Assembly (NCBI GenBank): GCA_002633005.1
Contig: NMRA01000031.1
Coordinates: forward strand, 1,087,004-1,151,003
Length of the DNA stretch: 64,000 nucleotides
Source of the DNA: Phoronis australis
Taxonomy: Eukaryota > Animalia > Phoronida
Direction of reading: 5' to 3'
A program made the position numbers and the translations under genes. Under the pieces are notes generated by a model. That model was not told the DNA's origin and did no database searches. It was given only the letters and a program-made list of their open reading frames with translations. Positions 26,101 to 41,100 of this stretch are shown here, piece by piece (the stretch's first letter is position 1; every line of letters begins with the position of its first letter).

Positions 26101-29100
26101 TATTATACAAACAACCTTAGAAGCACATCGTTTACGGTGCATTCGTCAGCGCATTTCAATGCTCCAGATTGCTCTTTTACTGTGTAGCTGTTGTCAAATG
26201 ATGTTGTGTAATTTTCAACATATGTGGCACTATTGCCAGATTTTGAAATTTTGGCAGTTGCAGTTCAGAGTTGAAGGTTATCTGTACCACATCAATGTTT
26301 TGTCTTGCTATTCAGCTGCTAGGGTAGGAATCTGGCTCCAGGGTATTTGAAATACTTTTAAAATAACTGATGATTGCAGCACTTGCTGTTACCATAGACC
26401 ATATCTAGATATGACACAACTGTGAAGACTGTCTTTGGTGACATAGTAAATTGACTTTGTCCATGGTTTTCTTACTTCGTCATCAATGCATATCCTGTAT
26501 TTTGTGTCGTGGATATTGTTTTTAAATTTTATTATATTATAGTGTATTTTACTGTGTTGTATAAGCAGTGCTTCACACAGGCAAAAAGTGTCTGCTCGAA
26601 AATATGAGTGACTGCATATTTGCATTCGTATTTCCGGATTTGAGCTGTTAAAAAGTGGTAACCGTCGAAAATCCGCTCAGCGCTCTTACAAAGGATCCAA
26701 TTTTGAGCTCCAATATTACTTTTTTCAGTCATTTTTTTCAAGCATTTCACTAATAATTTTGAGTCCACGGGAGTTGCGGTCATCGCCACTGGCAGTGGTC
26801 ACAGGGACGTTGGTCTTGCATTTGTCTGAGAATCACCCAGTTGTTGAAATTGACTCTTACCAGATCTAAAGCCTACCACAACCTCTCATACTACGCAACA
26901 ATTTTATTCTTCAAACGAACCATTCTTTTCTCACAGATTTAAGAGCCAAATCTCCGCCTTGTTCACATTCGTAGTAACAAGTGTTCTACTTGTGACATTT
27001 TGTGGTTGACCTTTTTCATATTTGTCAATTATTCAATGTCAAAGAAACAAAATTAAATCACCCAATTATGGAATTCCACAGAGTAGGAGTATTTTGAGGT
27101 TTTTTATTTTCATGCGAAACTAGTTATTGAGTACACAACCAACATTACACAATATTGTTTCTTGTGAAATTTGCACCGCATCATTTTCTCCTGTCAGAAA
27201 GTCTTTCAGCCTAAGCATACAATGCTTTGCAGAAATTTTTTCGACTGTCATTCTAGTTTCAGAACCTTGAATAGCGCAAACTAATTGAGGAAGTTTGCGC
27301 TTGATAACATGCGCTTAGCTGGTCAGTCCTAGAATTTTGGCAGGCATTTTTGCAACATGTAATTTCTCCTATTTCAAATTGTTTATGTAGATGCTAACTT
27401 TTGCTTCAACAACAAGTCTTACTTCTACATCAAATCCCTTGAATTTCTGATCCGTGTGCTTCAATTTCAAACGTCATGGGCGATCAGGGCGGCACTCAGG
27501 CTCAGCTGAGCCGCGCATCTTGTGAGCAATTTGTTGTTGTTAATGCAACTACTTGAATGACAATTGTAAAGAGGAGATGTGATTTACCGAAACAGATGAT
27601 GGAGAACACTCCATACTCGCTGGGTTAGCGTTGGAGATGTGGTTGCCGGGAAGTGGGACTCGACCTACTCCTGTTTACTTTTTCCACTCGCATTTTCGAG
27701 CATTTACTCGCTTATATTGAGCCTTGATAAGCATTAGAGCCTGCTTGGAGAGCATTGCTTACTCTGCAGAGAATATTTTCCAAAATTAAATGAAAACTGA
27801 GCAGCTTCAGCCATAGAACTCCTAAGTCATCCGATGCTTTGAAATCATTTTGTATGTTGGCAAGGATTCTGTTGAGATCAATTTGTAGCATTAAGGGTCT
27901 AATTAGCCCTGGTTAGACGTGACACGGTGCAAACTGGCACGGTGCAAGATGATCTGTATGAATTTGCTGTGCTAGCACACACGCTTGCGCACTCAACCAC
28001 ATACACATGTCGGTATACACACGCACACACAACTGGCAAGGCAGAACTTGTAGGCAGGAATGCGGTGTGTGCATGCTCACCCTTACAAATGGGGGAAATT
28101 ACAGTTAATCTTGACAAAATGAAAATAATGTGCATCACCTGTATTTACACTAGCGCACGTGATAGCATACGCCTTGCTCCAGTTTCCCCTTTAGACGTTG
28201 AGCTGACACGAAACGAGATGATCAGGCGGTGATCGGGTGCAAGTTGCTCTACCTCAAAAACTAGAGACAAAATTGACACAGTTGTGACAACTTGTTGTTA
28301 GGCACATAATTGCGCCATGTCAACTTTCTCTGTGTCTACCTTTGTAGTGCAAGCGGCACTATTGAAAACTTTATGTTCTTCAAAGAGATGTTTTGTGGCT
28401 TTGAAGAAATGTTAAATACTGAGTCATTATTTCTGCATCAATCTAAATAGCCAAAAACTTTTCAAAACGAATTTTAATGAAAACCAATTTTGTCAAAACT
28501 AATGCCCCCTTTCATATTTTATTAAAACATGTAGATTTAAAAAAATAATTTCAATTCTTTAATTTGAGGTAGTGCAGCTAGTGAACAAGATAAACAGTAA
28601 AGAGAACGTTAAAGACCCTGAATTTTAGTTTATAACAACTTAAATAGACAAATGGACATTAAAAGTGCAAATACATTTAGAATGCTTATATTTTTACATT
28701 ACCTTTTGATTGTTAAAATTTATTATTCTGTATTTATAAATATAAAAATATTAGATTTGCATCATCTTTAACAACATCTTTGTAAAATATCTCTGTGTGG
28801 AGCCTGCCTGGATTCAGTTTCACATAAGTGACTTAAAACTTAAGTGTGTGATTAAGGTCTTGTACCCTCACTTCACTTAGTCATTCAACGATGTGCACGT
28901 CACGGTGTAAGAAATAATTTATAGAAAATACTGTAGTAACTAGCAGTCATTAGTATTTCAGTTTTGCTGAAGTGAGATTTGATTATTTTCCAGAAATAGA
29001 TATTTGGAGTCTAAGACCGTATTCTTACTTAAGTCTGAAGTCACTTTTCATGAAACAGATGCTTGCAGAACTGTGTTAATGCCACTATTGTTTAATAAAC

Positions 29101-32100
29101 AGGTGCTCAAAAGGCGAGCAGTGCTCAGATGAAGCCAGGTTTGTATAAAGCAGACCGTGCGCATCCTCTCTGTCTAACATGTGCACTTCTCTCTCCTCTC
29201 ACTGCCTCTAGGTGTCTCTGTTGTTGGTTTTGTACATCCTGTTTTATCGATCTAGTTTGCTGTAGTGGTGTTTGAGCCTGGCTGTAGAGAAATAACTAAG
29301 TACAGTGTTCCCCCAGAATTAATAATTTATTAAGTTTGGGATCTGTCTAGAAATGGTCTTGAACTTCAACCAGGATCTTGAAAAAGTCCTAAAAGTTTTG
29401 AAGTCTTGCTTTTCTATGTTTTACAAAGTTTTGTATCAACCTTTAAGTGAGTGATAGTGTTAAGTTTTTTGCTAAACCTGCTAAATTATATTTTTCCTAA
29501 TTTTTCACAATTTAGTGCTGAAAATTACTGCTGTCAACCTTTTGTTGTTTGGCATTTTGTCTTAACACCCCCAGCTCATCATCAATTTGCAAAATATACT
29601 AGTAGGCAAAAATATATTTCTTTTATCATGTTTTTCAAATCTTAAAAAAAAAAAAAATTTTTATTAGAGTCTGAAATTTAGCTGTTGTCTGTGCCAAGTC
29701 TGCACTGGATAACAATGCCTCCATTTGTGTGCAGGCTTCTCACTGGAGGAACCTTACATCTACACAAGTTGTAAATTATAAATTTTGACATTCAGTGCAA
29801 CCGTTGTCAGATTTTAATGAGGACTAAGAGGTACAGATGAATGTCAAATTTTACTTTTTATTAGTACGTGTAATGTAATACATTGGCAACAGAAGTACAC
29901 CTATCATAATTATTGGATTTTGTACTTGTGACGTCCCATGCAAAGCAGTCTAGATTTTTAATTTGAGTGCATGTACACCAAATTTACATGCTCTTCACTG
30001 CTTCTAGTAATACCTGACAAAGAACTGTGCGCACGGTAACCAGTCATTGTCATCTAGAAACAGCATGACCTCTTGTGACATTATGGCGACATTTCAAATT
30101 TTAGACAGTACTTTCCCAGAGCCTACATCTCTTGTGCGCTTGCATTTCTCATATCTCCGGTTATCTCAGTTGGTATTTAGAATCTGCTGGGAAACATTTT
30201 AACTTAGACCTTGGCTTGCTGCAGCTGCTTCTTGTAGGCAAACATTGAAGCATTATACGGACTGTGTTAGAGATGTGCTGAACTGGGATCACTGTATAGA
30301 GTGAGCGTCGTCATTAACATGCGGGTAGTACTCGCCTGCCCTTCTGTTGCAATATCCTTATAGATAATTGCCGATTCGCACGGTTATTGGTCAAAGCACG
30401 TTGCATTTAGGGACTTGAAATTTTGCATGCCGATTCCACTAGTGTTTACGGACTGCATGAAAGGTGCCGGTGTAAGGAAACTACAAGTGCACGTCCTAAG
30501 TATGCTGTGTATGACACGGACAAATGAATTTCAAATTATCGCGGTTATCATTGAGTTAAACCAACTTTATTTTAAACTTGACAGACACTACTACACAATG
30601 TGTAAAATGGTGAATCGCTATTGCAGTGAACTTTCTATATGAAAAAAAATATGTTTTCGTCTTAAGTTATGCCTAGCAGCGGCATCTGCTGGTATGTTTT
30701 AAATCATATGTTGAATTTGTATCAGGTGCTTCCGAGTAAAGAAAGAACATTTTGTAATGTTTGACATGTGTCTTGACTTCAGCAGCTAAATGTAATAGAT
30801 AATGTGGTAATTTTGGCATTTTTGTATTTTGAAGCCCAATGCAGTGCCATCTATTGTTTTGGCCATTTTTTACCAAGGAACGTTTTGTTTTGGTTTTCAA
30901 TGCAGCAAATTGGCATTCTTAGTAACGCGTCTGATAAAATAGTGGAATGAATGACGCTCATTGATTGCTTCTATGGGATGGTTTGTCGTCTCTTATTTAT
31001 TCAAGTTTGAAATTAAGAGTTTTCAACTTGACCTATTTGGGACTGTATTCACCTTGGGTTTTTCATAAATCAAAGTTTGCTTTCACGTGAATTTTTTATC
31101 AACGTTTATGATTTTGTCATTGAAGCTTTCAAATAAATGAAAATGGGATAATTTAGATTTTACTGAATAATGCGCGGTTTAAACTTTTAAGTTTACCTGA
31201 AACATATTGAGAAAGGAAAGAAATGGTTTTACGATGAGATGTACTTGTTGAGCATTGCTGTGGACGACTGTGAGGCTGGTGTATATTGTGAAGCGGCATG
31301 TTGTCGCTGTTAAGCTGTCAATGTTGAAGTCTTACGTTCTGGGATTTAAAAACATAACCGTGTTCCTCCCATCTTCAATTATTGCCGAATGGAACGGCAA
31401 CTCAAGTCACTGGCAATGTGAACATGCGCCATTTTTGAATCTACGGTTTTAAGGTTGGCCAACCCCATTAAAATCAGAAGTGTTTTCTTGAGCTGGTGAT
31501 GGTTTCAATGTTCTTGTTGGTAATTGAAATAGAATCCTAACACAATGATGACTATTACAAGCCCGGGTTCACGAGAGTATAAGGCCTAATTTGGTTATCA
31601 CTTTTAAGCCAGGAAATCAAAGCAAAACGCATCTTAAATAGTAAGAAAAGGATTAAACTTGTGCCGCTGATCAAAGGAAATTTCTGAGAGTGTAATAATA
31701 CGTGACCAGACTTCCTTGTTCACATTTTATAACAGTCAAAGGCATTAGAGCGTAGTAGTCTCTGTTTAATCATCGAGTAATCGTTGACACATATCCAACT
31801 CATATGAGTACAAAACATTTAACACGGGAGGATGTTGTAACTGATTTTGTATGTAAATATTTCTTATAACTTCAAAAATAATCTATGTGAAGTGGAAAAA
31901 CATCTTTATGAGAGGAGAAGGTCCCTGGTTTATAATTTATAATGTTTCGCTTAATTCATAACTGCAACCTTTCCTTCAACTGTCGGCTAACTTGAGAGTT
32001 CTAAGTAACAGTCCACTAATATTTGTAAAGTTTGTGTACGTACCAGCCTTGTGAACTAATTGTAATTGATAAAAGCTAAAACGCTGTGCTACCTTTTGGA

Positions 32101-35100
32101 CATCTTTGTTTTGGTTTGGCACGAATTTTTGTTCAAGATTACATTATGCATTGAATGGGATGTGTTGGTTACTTGCTTACCTCAGGTAACCAAGTCCTGT
32201 GCAGCTAGATTTAATAACTGCAATGTTGGTTTATCTAGGTTTGAAATTTGATTTTAGCTTGATCTAATTATTGTAGTTGTATGCAATTTAGTACATGTTG
32301 TTGTTTATTGTGTATTGAACAGGTTTGCCGTGGCTGCACTTAACAAGTACGATAGTGTGTTTGACTTGGCTCTAGTTGTATTTTTGTTTTTTTTGTGTTG
32401 TATTTTTCCTAACTCTCTCATTGATGCATATTTTATTCTATAACAAGCTTGACCTTTAATAAAAGAATAGCGTAATTGAGAGTACGGTTGATACCTGAGG
32501 AAAGAAACGAGTAGCGCTTTGTATTGCAGTTTTGACAATTTACAACTGATAAATTGGAAACTACTTTTGTTTTAATGGATGCACTGTCCATTACCCAGTG
32601 ATTTGTCCAGTCACAGTGTGATATTTGTGCGTTTTCACTGCCTGGCAGGTGCCAAAGAACCATTCCACTGTCCACCCAACATGTATCAGTGCAAGAGGAC
32701 CACCGTTTGTATTAATATTAGTCAGCTGTGTGATGGCAGACAAGACTGCCCTCTAGTGACTGGTGATGTGTCTGAAGATGAGGGACTCCACTGTTCACGT
32801 ATGTATGATAATGCCACTGTTTTTGACGTTTCCAAAGACTACATTTCATGCAAACCAACCCAGATGGAGTGGTTTTATAGAATTTGCGAGTCCGTCTACG
32901 AAATTACATCAACAGTACAATCCTAGTCAGTATTTGATTCGATAGGCAATGTGGTCAATGCCTGTTATTCTAGTTGCTAACATATTACGAGTTGATTAAA
33001 CACTGTTGCGTTACATATCATTAGCTGAAGATTGAAAATGTTCAGTAATTGTCTGATATGTTATGAGCCTTTCATAAAGTTCATCTCTAGATCTCGTGTA
33101 ACTATAGCAACTGTTTCTACTGTAGGTGGCGGTCTTTGTCACAGGCAGGGATGTTCGTATGGGTGCAGGGAGAGCCTGCTGGGCCCACTTTGTTACTGCC
33201 CACCTGGCCAGCAGCCCTATAACACCACCTGTAGAGGTAAGAGTTGTCTCCCCTGTTTATGGTAGTAACTTGTGAGGAAATAGGTGTAACTCTGTGGCAC
33301 TCTACATTTGGACACCTTCATGACTAACTTATATTGCAGGGCTTGGAATTTTCCACGGAAACACGAATTTCCGCTTTTTTCAAATATTCTGTCCGCGCGT
33401 TTTATTATATTTCCGCGTAAAATAATTGGATTTGATATAAAATTTCCACGGCAAATTCCTTTCTTACCGCGGCGTTGCCGACGACGTTCACCTCGAAAAG
33501 CGGAAGTTGCTCTTTATGTTTCGGAGGAACGTAAATTGTCAACATTGCCGGAGCATCTGGGATAGCGTGGTGGGATTTTCAATGGCGTCTCGTGTGATTG
33601 TAAACCGTGGTGACAAATACTACGGCTCTGCAGCCAAAAATGTGTGGGGATGAGAGTGGAGGAGTGGATGGACGAGATAAAAAGACGCAGACACATGCTA
33701 CTGATGGTGGCAACTTTTTTTTTCAGTCCAACTGATTTTTGTCGGCGAAAGGTTGGCACATCGACTATTTCAAGGCTGGGTAGCGCGCATGTTTTGGGCT
33801 GTAAAAGTGTCCGCGTTTTTTGTCATTGGTCATTCCAAGCCCTGATATTGGGAATGAACCCTTTCAAATATTACTCCCTGGCCGTGTATGGACCGCATTT
33901 CATGGGCCAACAACCTTTTGAGCATGTCCCACGGCAACCTAGTTTACTGAAATAAACTCTTTATTCCGTAATATAATGGCTTGTTTGGTTATATTTTGAT
34001 TGAACTGTACTTTTGACTTAAGACAGGCAATTCCAGGATGTGCGACTCGTGCATAAGATTAAGGGCTCGTGCTTCGGATTGTCTTGACATCCTTGTCATA
34101 AACTTGTGTTCATTTTGAAATGACCTTTTCCAACATTGCAGACATGAATGAGTGTTCATCACTGCCTGACGTCTGCTCACAGAACTGCGTGAACACAGAT
34201 GGGAGTTTCACGTGTTCCTGTAAAAGAGAATATTACCTGGCTAGCGACAGACGGACTTGTCTGGCAAAAACTGGTATTTACGTGAATGCTGCATATTTTT
34301 GCATATAGATGTGTAATTATTCCCAGTGAATGTTTAAATGTTTACATGCTGTATTTTGTATTGAAACATTTTGAAGGTTATGTTGATTTGGTTATACAAT
34401 TTCTTGGATGTTATAAAAACATGTTCATGTTTTGTAGTCAAGAATTTGTCATTTTATGTCAGCTCTTTGCTTGTGTCGGTAGAAACCGCAATCTTTAATG
34501 AAGTTGTCTTCATATTCCGCTTTATTTTCAGATATGAAGAAACCACTCCTCATTTTCTCTGATGGTTCAGACATTAGGATTGCTTTGCTGAATGGAACAA
34601 TAACACGGAACATTTCAACAGACGGAGTAGCGGCTCTCAGTCTCGATGTCCGCAAAAAACAAGTATGCTGGGTACGTATATGCAAATTGACCGTGGTTGC
34701 TATGTACTGCAAAGACAACAAATTGAAATCATTATTCAAGTATAGACTTTTCCAGAGAGCAATATCAGGTTACATATTGAGCAAGGGAGAGTAATTTTGC
34801 CTCAGACCAAAGGCAACATTGCTGTCCTGAAGTCCATATAACCTGGAATTGGTCTATGTTTGTTGTTCTATACGACCTCTGATTCTTCTTTCCTCTGATT
34901 TCTACTTCTCGTATTTGTTGTGTTGCTATCGTCTGCTCACTTTGTTTACATTGTCAAGAGTTTATGGTTTCTGTAGCATCTGATTGGTCAATTCTCGAGT
35001 AGCTACCTCAGTTCATGGCGGCTTGAATGTAAAGGGATATTACATGGCTTGAGAGTCGGCATCTCATTATAATGGAAATCACTGTATTGTTTTTAGCGAA

Positions 35101-38100
35101 CCGTAGAGCAGAAATATCGATGATCGTGTAATAATAAATTGTGTGATAACTGCATGAAATATTCCAAAGATTGATTCCTTTTAAGTGGATGTTATTAGTT
35201 ATTTGTTGGCATTTTTGGCAGAAGATATCCCAGATGCCAGTACATACAAAAACCCTATGTAGGACCACCTTCTATTTGTGTTGACAGTAGAGGTGAATGT
35301 TTTGGAGGTTGTGCTGTTAATGGTGTACAAATTGGTTTCTTGCTGGGTTATGATGGCTCGTGATTTGTTGGAGAAAGAAAACTGCGATGGAATAACACAA
35401 ACTTCATGTTGTTTTTCACTGGGGATCAGACTTCAGTGATACTTTTGTGAACTTTCCGATGGTGACTACTTCGAGGACTACGTTATTTATGAACAATAAA
35501 AATTTACCACTTCATAAGTACTTAATGACCTATAACTGGCATCCTCTCCAACTACTGTTTGTGTTATGAGTACTTCTAGTGCTGCTGCTGCAACTGCTAC
35601 TGCTACTGCTTCTACTTCTGCTGCCGCTGCTGCTACTAGTACTACTACTACTGGTGCTACTGCTAATGCTCTTGTCCTAAGCGCCTAGCTCTATACTCCA
35701 TCTGTTGGCCACATCTCGTAACGTTGCTTATACCATGTCAACGCACTGATTTTTGACAGGACAGTTATAATGGAACTATGTAGTAACATCTAGACATTCC
35801 GACAGGTGAGCGAGAAGGCTCAGATGTTCTGTAGCTCAGTTGAGGTGCCCCACAAAACGTGGCGTATCAGTACGAGTTACGTGCTGGATGGAGTCAACCA
35901 AATGGCAAAGGATTGGTTCTCAGGAGACTGGTACTTCACGGCTGGTGACCGAGGCATGTTGTTCGTCTGCTCCAAGGAGGGGCGCTTCTGTAAGACGTTA
36001 CTATCCACCAACTCGACCAGCTTGAAAGACATGGTCCTTGTCCCTGAGTTGGGGTAAGAAAAACTCATTGGATGTTAATCTGATTATTTGGTCATTCTAT
36101 TTTAAAGAAGTTATTAGACACTATTGCTGTGAACGAGCTGAATATAGGTTTCTTGTCAGAATTCATGTTGTTGAGAATATCTACTGTTTTTTGTCACTTT
36201 CGTAGGTCATCTCATCCTCAGTAGTAAAACTGTATTCTTGTGAGTATTAACTCATCTCTGCGCATAAGAACACCAGTAGCTTTTGCTTATGTTTAGTTAT
36301 AAACTTTTTTGAGCTGGTCAGTGCCCACTACACGGAAATTAGCCAGTTGCGTAGACACACTTTTAAGTCAAGTATTGAGTATAGGTTGACATCTATGAGT
36401 AATCAAATGATGCCTTTGTGATCAGCTCGTATGTGGACGAATAGTAATTTATGGTTGTTAAATCCGCTGTGCTCGTCTCGGCTAGGTACATCTTCATCAC
36501 TGAGCTGGCCAAGTTTATAGACCAGCCGATCCTCTCAAGAGTCAACATGGACGGCAGTGGCTATACACAGTTAGTGAATCAAAGAATAGCGCGACCGTTT
36601 GGTCTGACTGTCGACTACCCCAACAACAGACTTTACTACCTTGACTCTTATCTTCACCATATCCAGTTAGTGTCGTTTGATGGGAAACAGCGGAGGACCA
36701 TCTTTGACGATCAGTTGGTGAGAACAATTCTTAATCATACGTTAATTAGCTGGTAACTATAATGGTTACCGAGGTGCTAAGGACCATTTTTATTGTCCTG
36801 GTCATTTCAATGGAAGGTAGTCTAACACACAGATAGTTGACCTTTCACCTTCAAAGTTGGTCTTTGTTACTCAACATGTCCACTGCTTCAGATTTTTGTT
36901 TTAGACAATGTGTTGCACAGTGCGTAGCTGTAGTACCAGTGGGGCTCATTACTCTACAGTTGTGAAGTTGTTTCCTTGAGCAAGGCACTTAAACTACGTT
37001 GTTTCGTTCACTCAGCTGTGTAAAATGTGTACAAACCCTATCTTGGAAGTAACCTGTGATGAACTAGTGAGCTGTCTAGGGGAAATTGAAAGACTCTCAT
37101 CCAATCACCTTACTGGTTCTGGGGCTACCAATAGCAGTGAATGAAATTAATCCGTTAACTGTCGAAAATCAAAATTTACTGACTATTGAGAATCCATTCA
37201 CTGACTATCGAATCAGTTCACCGGCTATCGAATCAATTCACTGACTATTGAATCAATTCACTGACTTGATCAATTTGAAATTGAGCAATGATTAGTAAGT
37301 ACGTCATTTGTTGCTACTTTGTGTCACAATAAAAGATACGGTCAAACATGGCAATAGAAACGTAATGTTCTTTTTGTATTTTTTGTATTATGAGAAATAG
37401 AACTAGTGATTGTGAAATTAAGTGCTTTTCTATAAGGCTTAATGATGGTGAGAATGTAGTTTTACTTCAAATCACAAGTTGATACATAGTGTTCACGGTG
37501 CTCGCTCTAATTATTTTAATTTTAACTTGCGACATTGACAATTATCCTTTCTATATCAGTATCCCTATATCAGTATCTCTGTAACAGTATATATCAGTAT
37601 CTCTATATCAGTATCTCTGCGTGTCTAGGTGCAGCACGCCGTGGGATTAGAGAGTTTCGAAGATTTTCTCTTCGTGACCAATCCACAGGACAAGAACATA
37701 GTCAGACTCAACCGTCGCAACCCTAAAAACAGAATGGTGTTAATTAGACACTTGATCCGTCCCGTGCATATCCACATATATCACCCGGTCAGAGAACCTG
37801 ATCGTGTCGGTAAGTGACCATCTGGTTGTATGATTATGCATAGTACCTTCAAGATACATGAAAAACTCATTTTGTGAGTTGAATTGCACGTCCGTGTATT
37901 CAGCTACGCTCAACGTTTGTGGCAAAAATTGTTTTTTAATACGTCTGCTTTTTCACAAGCAGTTTCAGTCTGGTCGCCATGTCGATAATGAAAAATCATG
38001 AAAAATGGAAAACACATCTTGGAAACTCACAAACAACACAGTATGATTAGTGACCATTGGGTAGGTTTTGGCACATGTCACAACACAGTTGTGGAATAAG

Positions 38101-41100
38101 GCCATTTATGTCGTGCTACAAAGTTGTCCAATGAATAACTTCTGAACTTTATTCAGCCCAGTCTTGCTATTGGTACATATGACGAGCTTAACACTAAATG
38201 TTGCTCTCAAACTGAACCTTTTGTGGTAACTTTTTTAATTTCCAAATGATTATCTTTCAATTTTCAGAAAAAAATGGGGTTTTTTTTCTGAACTTCTGTT
38301 GGCCCACCAATAGAACTTTCTTTGGTATAAGATAAGAATTGAGAGTAAAATATTAACTCTCTTAGAGCCTAGAGTTTAATTATATTTTCAGTTGGATAGA
38401 CTAATGCTATGTAATAACTGGTAAAAGCTATTGAATCTTTAAAAGGCATATGTGTGCATTTGTGCCACAGGTGTCTCTGTTCTTGAACTGCTGTATTTTA
38501 ACACATGTCGTTTCTCCTGTCCAGCCTATTCGCCAGCGGACTCGTGCAACCGTAGATGTCAGCACTTGTGTCTACATCGGAGGGTGAATGGACAGCTGAA
38601 GGCAGCGTGTCATTGTCAAGATGGATACAAACTTTTTAATGAGACGGCATGTCAGTGTATGTGTCCAACTGTTTTCAGGGTTATGGTAAATAGTTCAAAA
38701 ACGATTTGCGAAATGTTTGCTGTGGCTAGAATTAACTAAATGTGCCCATACATTATCAGTCTATCACAATGACTGTTTTTGGTCATTTTAAGCGGGCTTG
38801 TTTTAGTGAGGCCTGTGGAAATACAAGGAAGCACTAACTTCAAACATACTTTCGCGAGAGCAAGGAATTCACTTGTGATGCCCAGTCTCAAATTCTGGTC
38901 TGCAGGACAAAACACGATTTCTTTCATTCACGGGCATTTTGCAACTTTTTTGCGTAAATTCGTATTCGGCGGCATAGTGATTAGAAAGAATTTAAGGTTA
39001 TCTCGAACCTTATTTAGTGGCCTCCATTGTAACTCATATATCAATGAACTAAGCTTTGTCAACTAGAAAAAGTATATATTTTCTGAAAGAAAAGCAATCA
39101 GGGAATATAAAATTACTTTTTTAATTAAAGTACCGTTATTATATTTACGTAAAAACCTTTTTAAATCAAAATTTCATTTTTAACAAAGGTAGAATCATAG
39201 CCAAGTAAGAAATGGATAACAAAAATCGATTTGGCAGTTAAAGCATGTCGTTAGCATGAGATCGAAACATCGAAATGTCAACTTAATAATTGAATTAAGG
39301 AATTAGGATGAGGATTATATCTCTTTCCACAAATTGCTGTGTTCGTGACCACAGAGGCCTGAGGCGACAGTAGCATTCGTTTTCAATGCCAACGGTCGTA
39401 TGCATGTAGATGGGGATCAAAACTACGTTTTGTCTTTGTTTTCCCCGACACCATTCTATCATAAGTACACCTCGTTGACTCAATGTTACGGCGATTTGGT
39501 GAATGAAAGGACTGAGGGTACACGAAGTTGTTCTGTACCTGGCGGGAGATTCGATTGGATTGAAAGCCCTTCAACGTTTGACCTCGGATAAGTAATTAAC
39601 AAATATCCACGCGGTTGTGTGGTTCCATGGTGGTTCTCTTTTTTTTCTCGCTACGCAATTATATTTTGTATTTGAAGTTCCCGGAGAATGAAGATAACAT
39701 ATTTTGCTAGACACGTGAAATATTGTAGAAATGGCCAGTTTTTGTGAATAAGGTTTGAGATATCCTTAAAGATGCTGTGAAATCGAACTGTTTAATCTCC
39801 ATGCAAGTCACAGGTGAGCTGTAGGTGGCGCTGAACATGTTCTTCCGATCACTTTATTTCCATGTAGCGATAAAGCTCTTATTTCGTGATGATGCCATTA
39901 TTACGGGAAACAGCTATTGACACTTACTTGGAAGGTCCTAATTATACGCTTTGTTTATATTTTTCAGTAATCTCCGACGTGTCATTCCTCCTTTATACTT
40001 CCAAACGCCAACAGATGGTGCGAGGACTGTCTCTTGTGAATGGCTCCGATGTCATGTTTCCCATACAGAAGGTCCGGCGCCCCCTTGCGGTTGACTACCA
40101 TTATGGCAGGGGCGAGATCTACTTTGTTGATTCATCCAAAAATCGAATTGGCAAACGCCGCTTGACTGGAGGATTTGTCGACCAAGTGGACTTCACTGGA
40201 GCGAGTATGTTTTCTTCGTAACCCTTAATTCGTATCCTATGATTTTATTACGATTTAGTTAAAATTCAATCCGGAATTGTTGACTTGGAGGTGAATGACG
40301 TCTTAGGGATGTGTTGATTGAGACTGTTCTACATTGCAGATTTATGTGAGCTTACTGCTTTCAAGCTGTTGTCAAACCTGCTTAAGCAAGCATTTGACAA
40401 TTCAGGCTTTGCAATGCTGCTCAAAACATCAGATTTAATGTAAAGTACGAGTCAATGTCATGCACGAGCATCAAGTTGTACCCTCAAACCCCTGAATCCT
40501 ACACACAGACCATATTCTTTGTTAATGACTTGTGGTTCAAAGGAATGGTTCCATACTGATGGTGATGGCTTTTTGTGCTCGTTTAACTGTAGAAATGTAA
40601 TTGTCAGTAATTAAATTGTTAAGCAAGAAATCCCCAAAGATATTATGTCATCTTTTGCAGGCGTTGTGTTTATGAATTTGCTGTTTGTTTGTGTTATTTT
40701 TCGTTTTACTTGAACTTGATTTCGCATTTCATGCGTGTAATTCAGTGGGTCGTGCGGCTGTGTACAGATTTTGATATGGTATTTCATGTTTCTCTAGGAC
40801 TTCACAACTGTGAAGGCATCTCTGTAGACTGGATGGGCAATAACTTGTATTGGACAAGTGGTCATCTCAAGTCTATCAATGTACTCAGCCTCAACAAGTC
40901 TAACATTTACAAGGTGTTACTGCGTGTGATGGGGGAGGCAGATGAACATGTCCACCCTAAAGCCATTGTGGTGGATCCAGCACACGGGTAAGGGGCACAG
41001 GTTTTTCAATAATTAGGTCCGGGGACAAATATACAGCTGTCAGTTTTACTTGTTATTTAAAAAGCTTTCAATTGTTAATCAGTATATATTCTGCGGTTTT

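Noticed and set aside
29110-29290. TATA-like gtataaag plus a pyrimidine tract as an internal promoter or alternative first exon for an Ig-less LRP1
   Set aside because: No ATG-initiated hydrophobic ORF ending at a phase-1 donor was found here or in the CpG-richer patches near 27480-27700 and 30300-30480.
40198-40210. Non-canonical GC donor (GGA|gcgagt) for exon 14
   Set aside because: It would be phase 0, but exon 15 requires phase 1, which the canonical A|gtatgt at 40204 provides.
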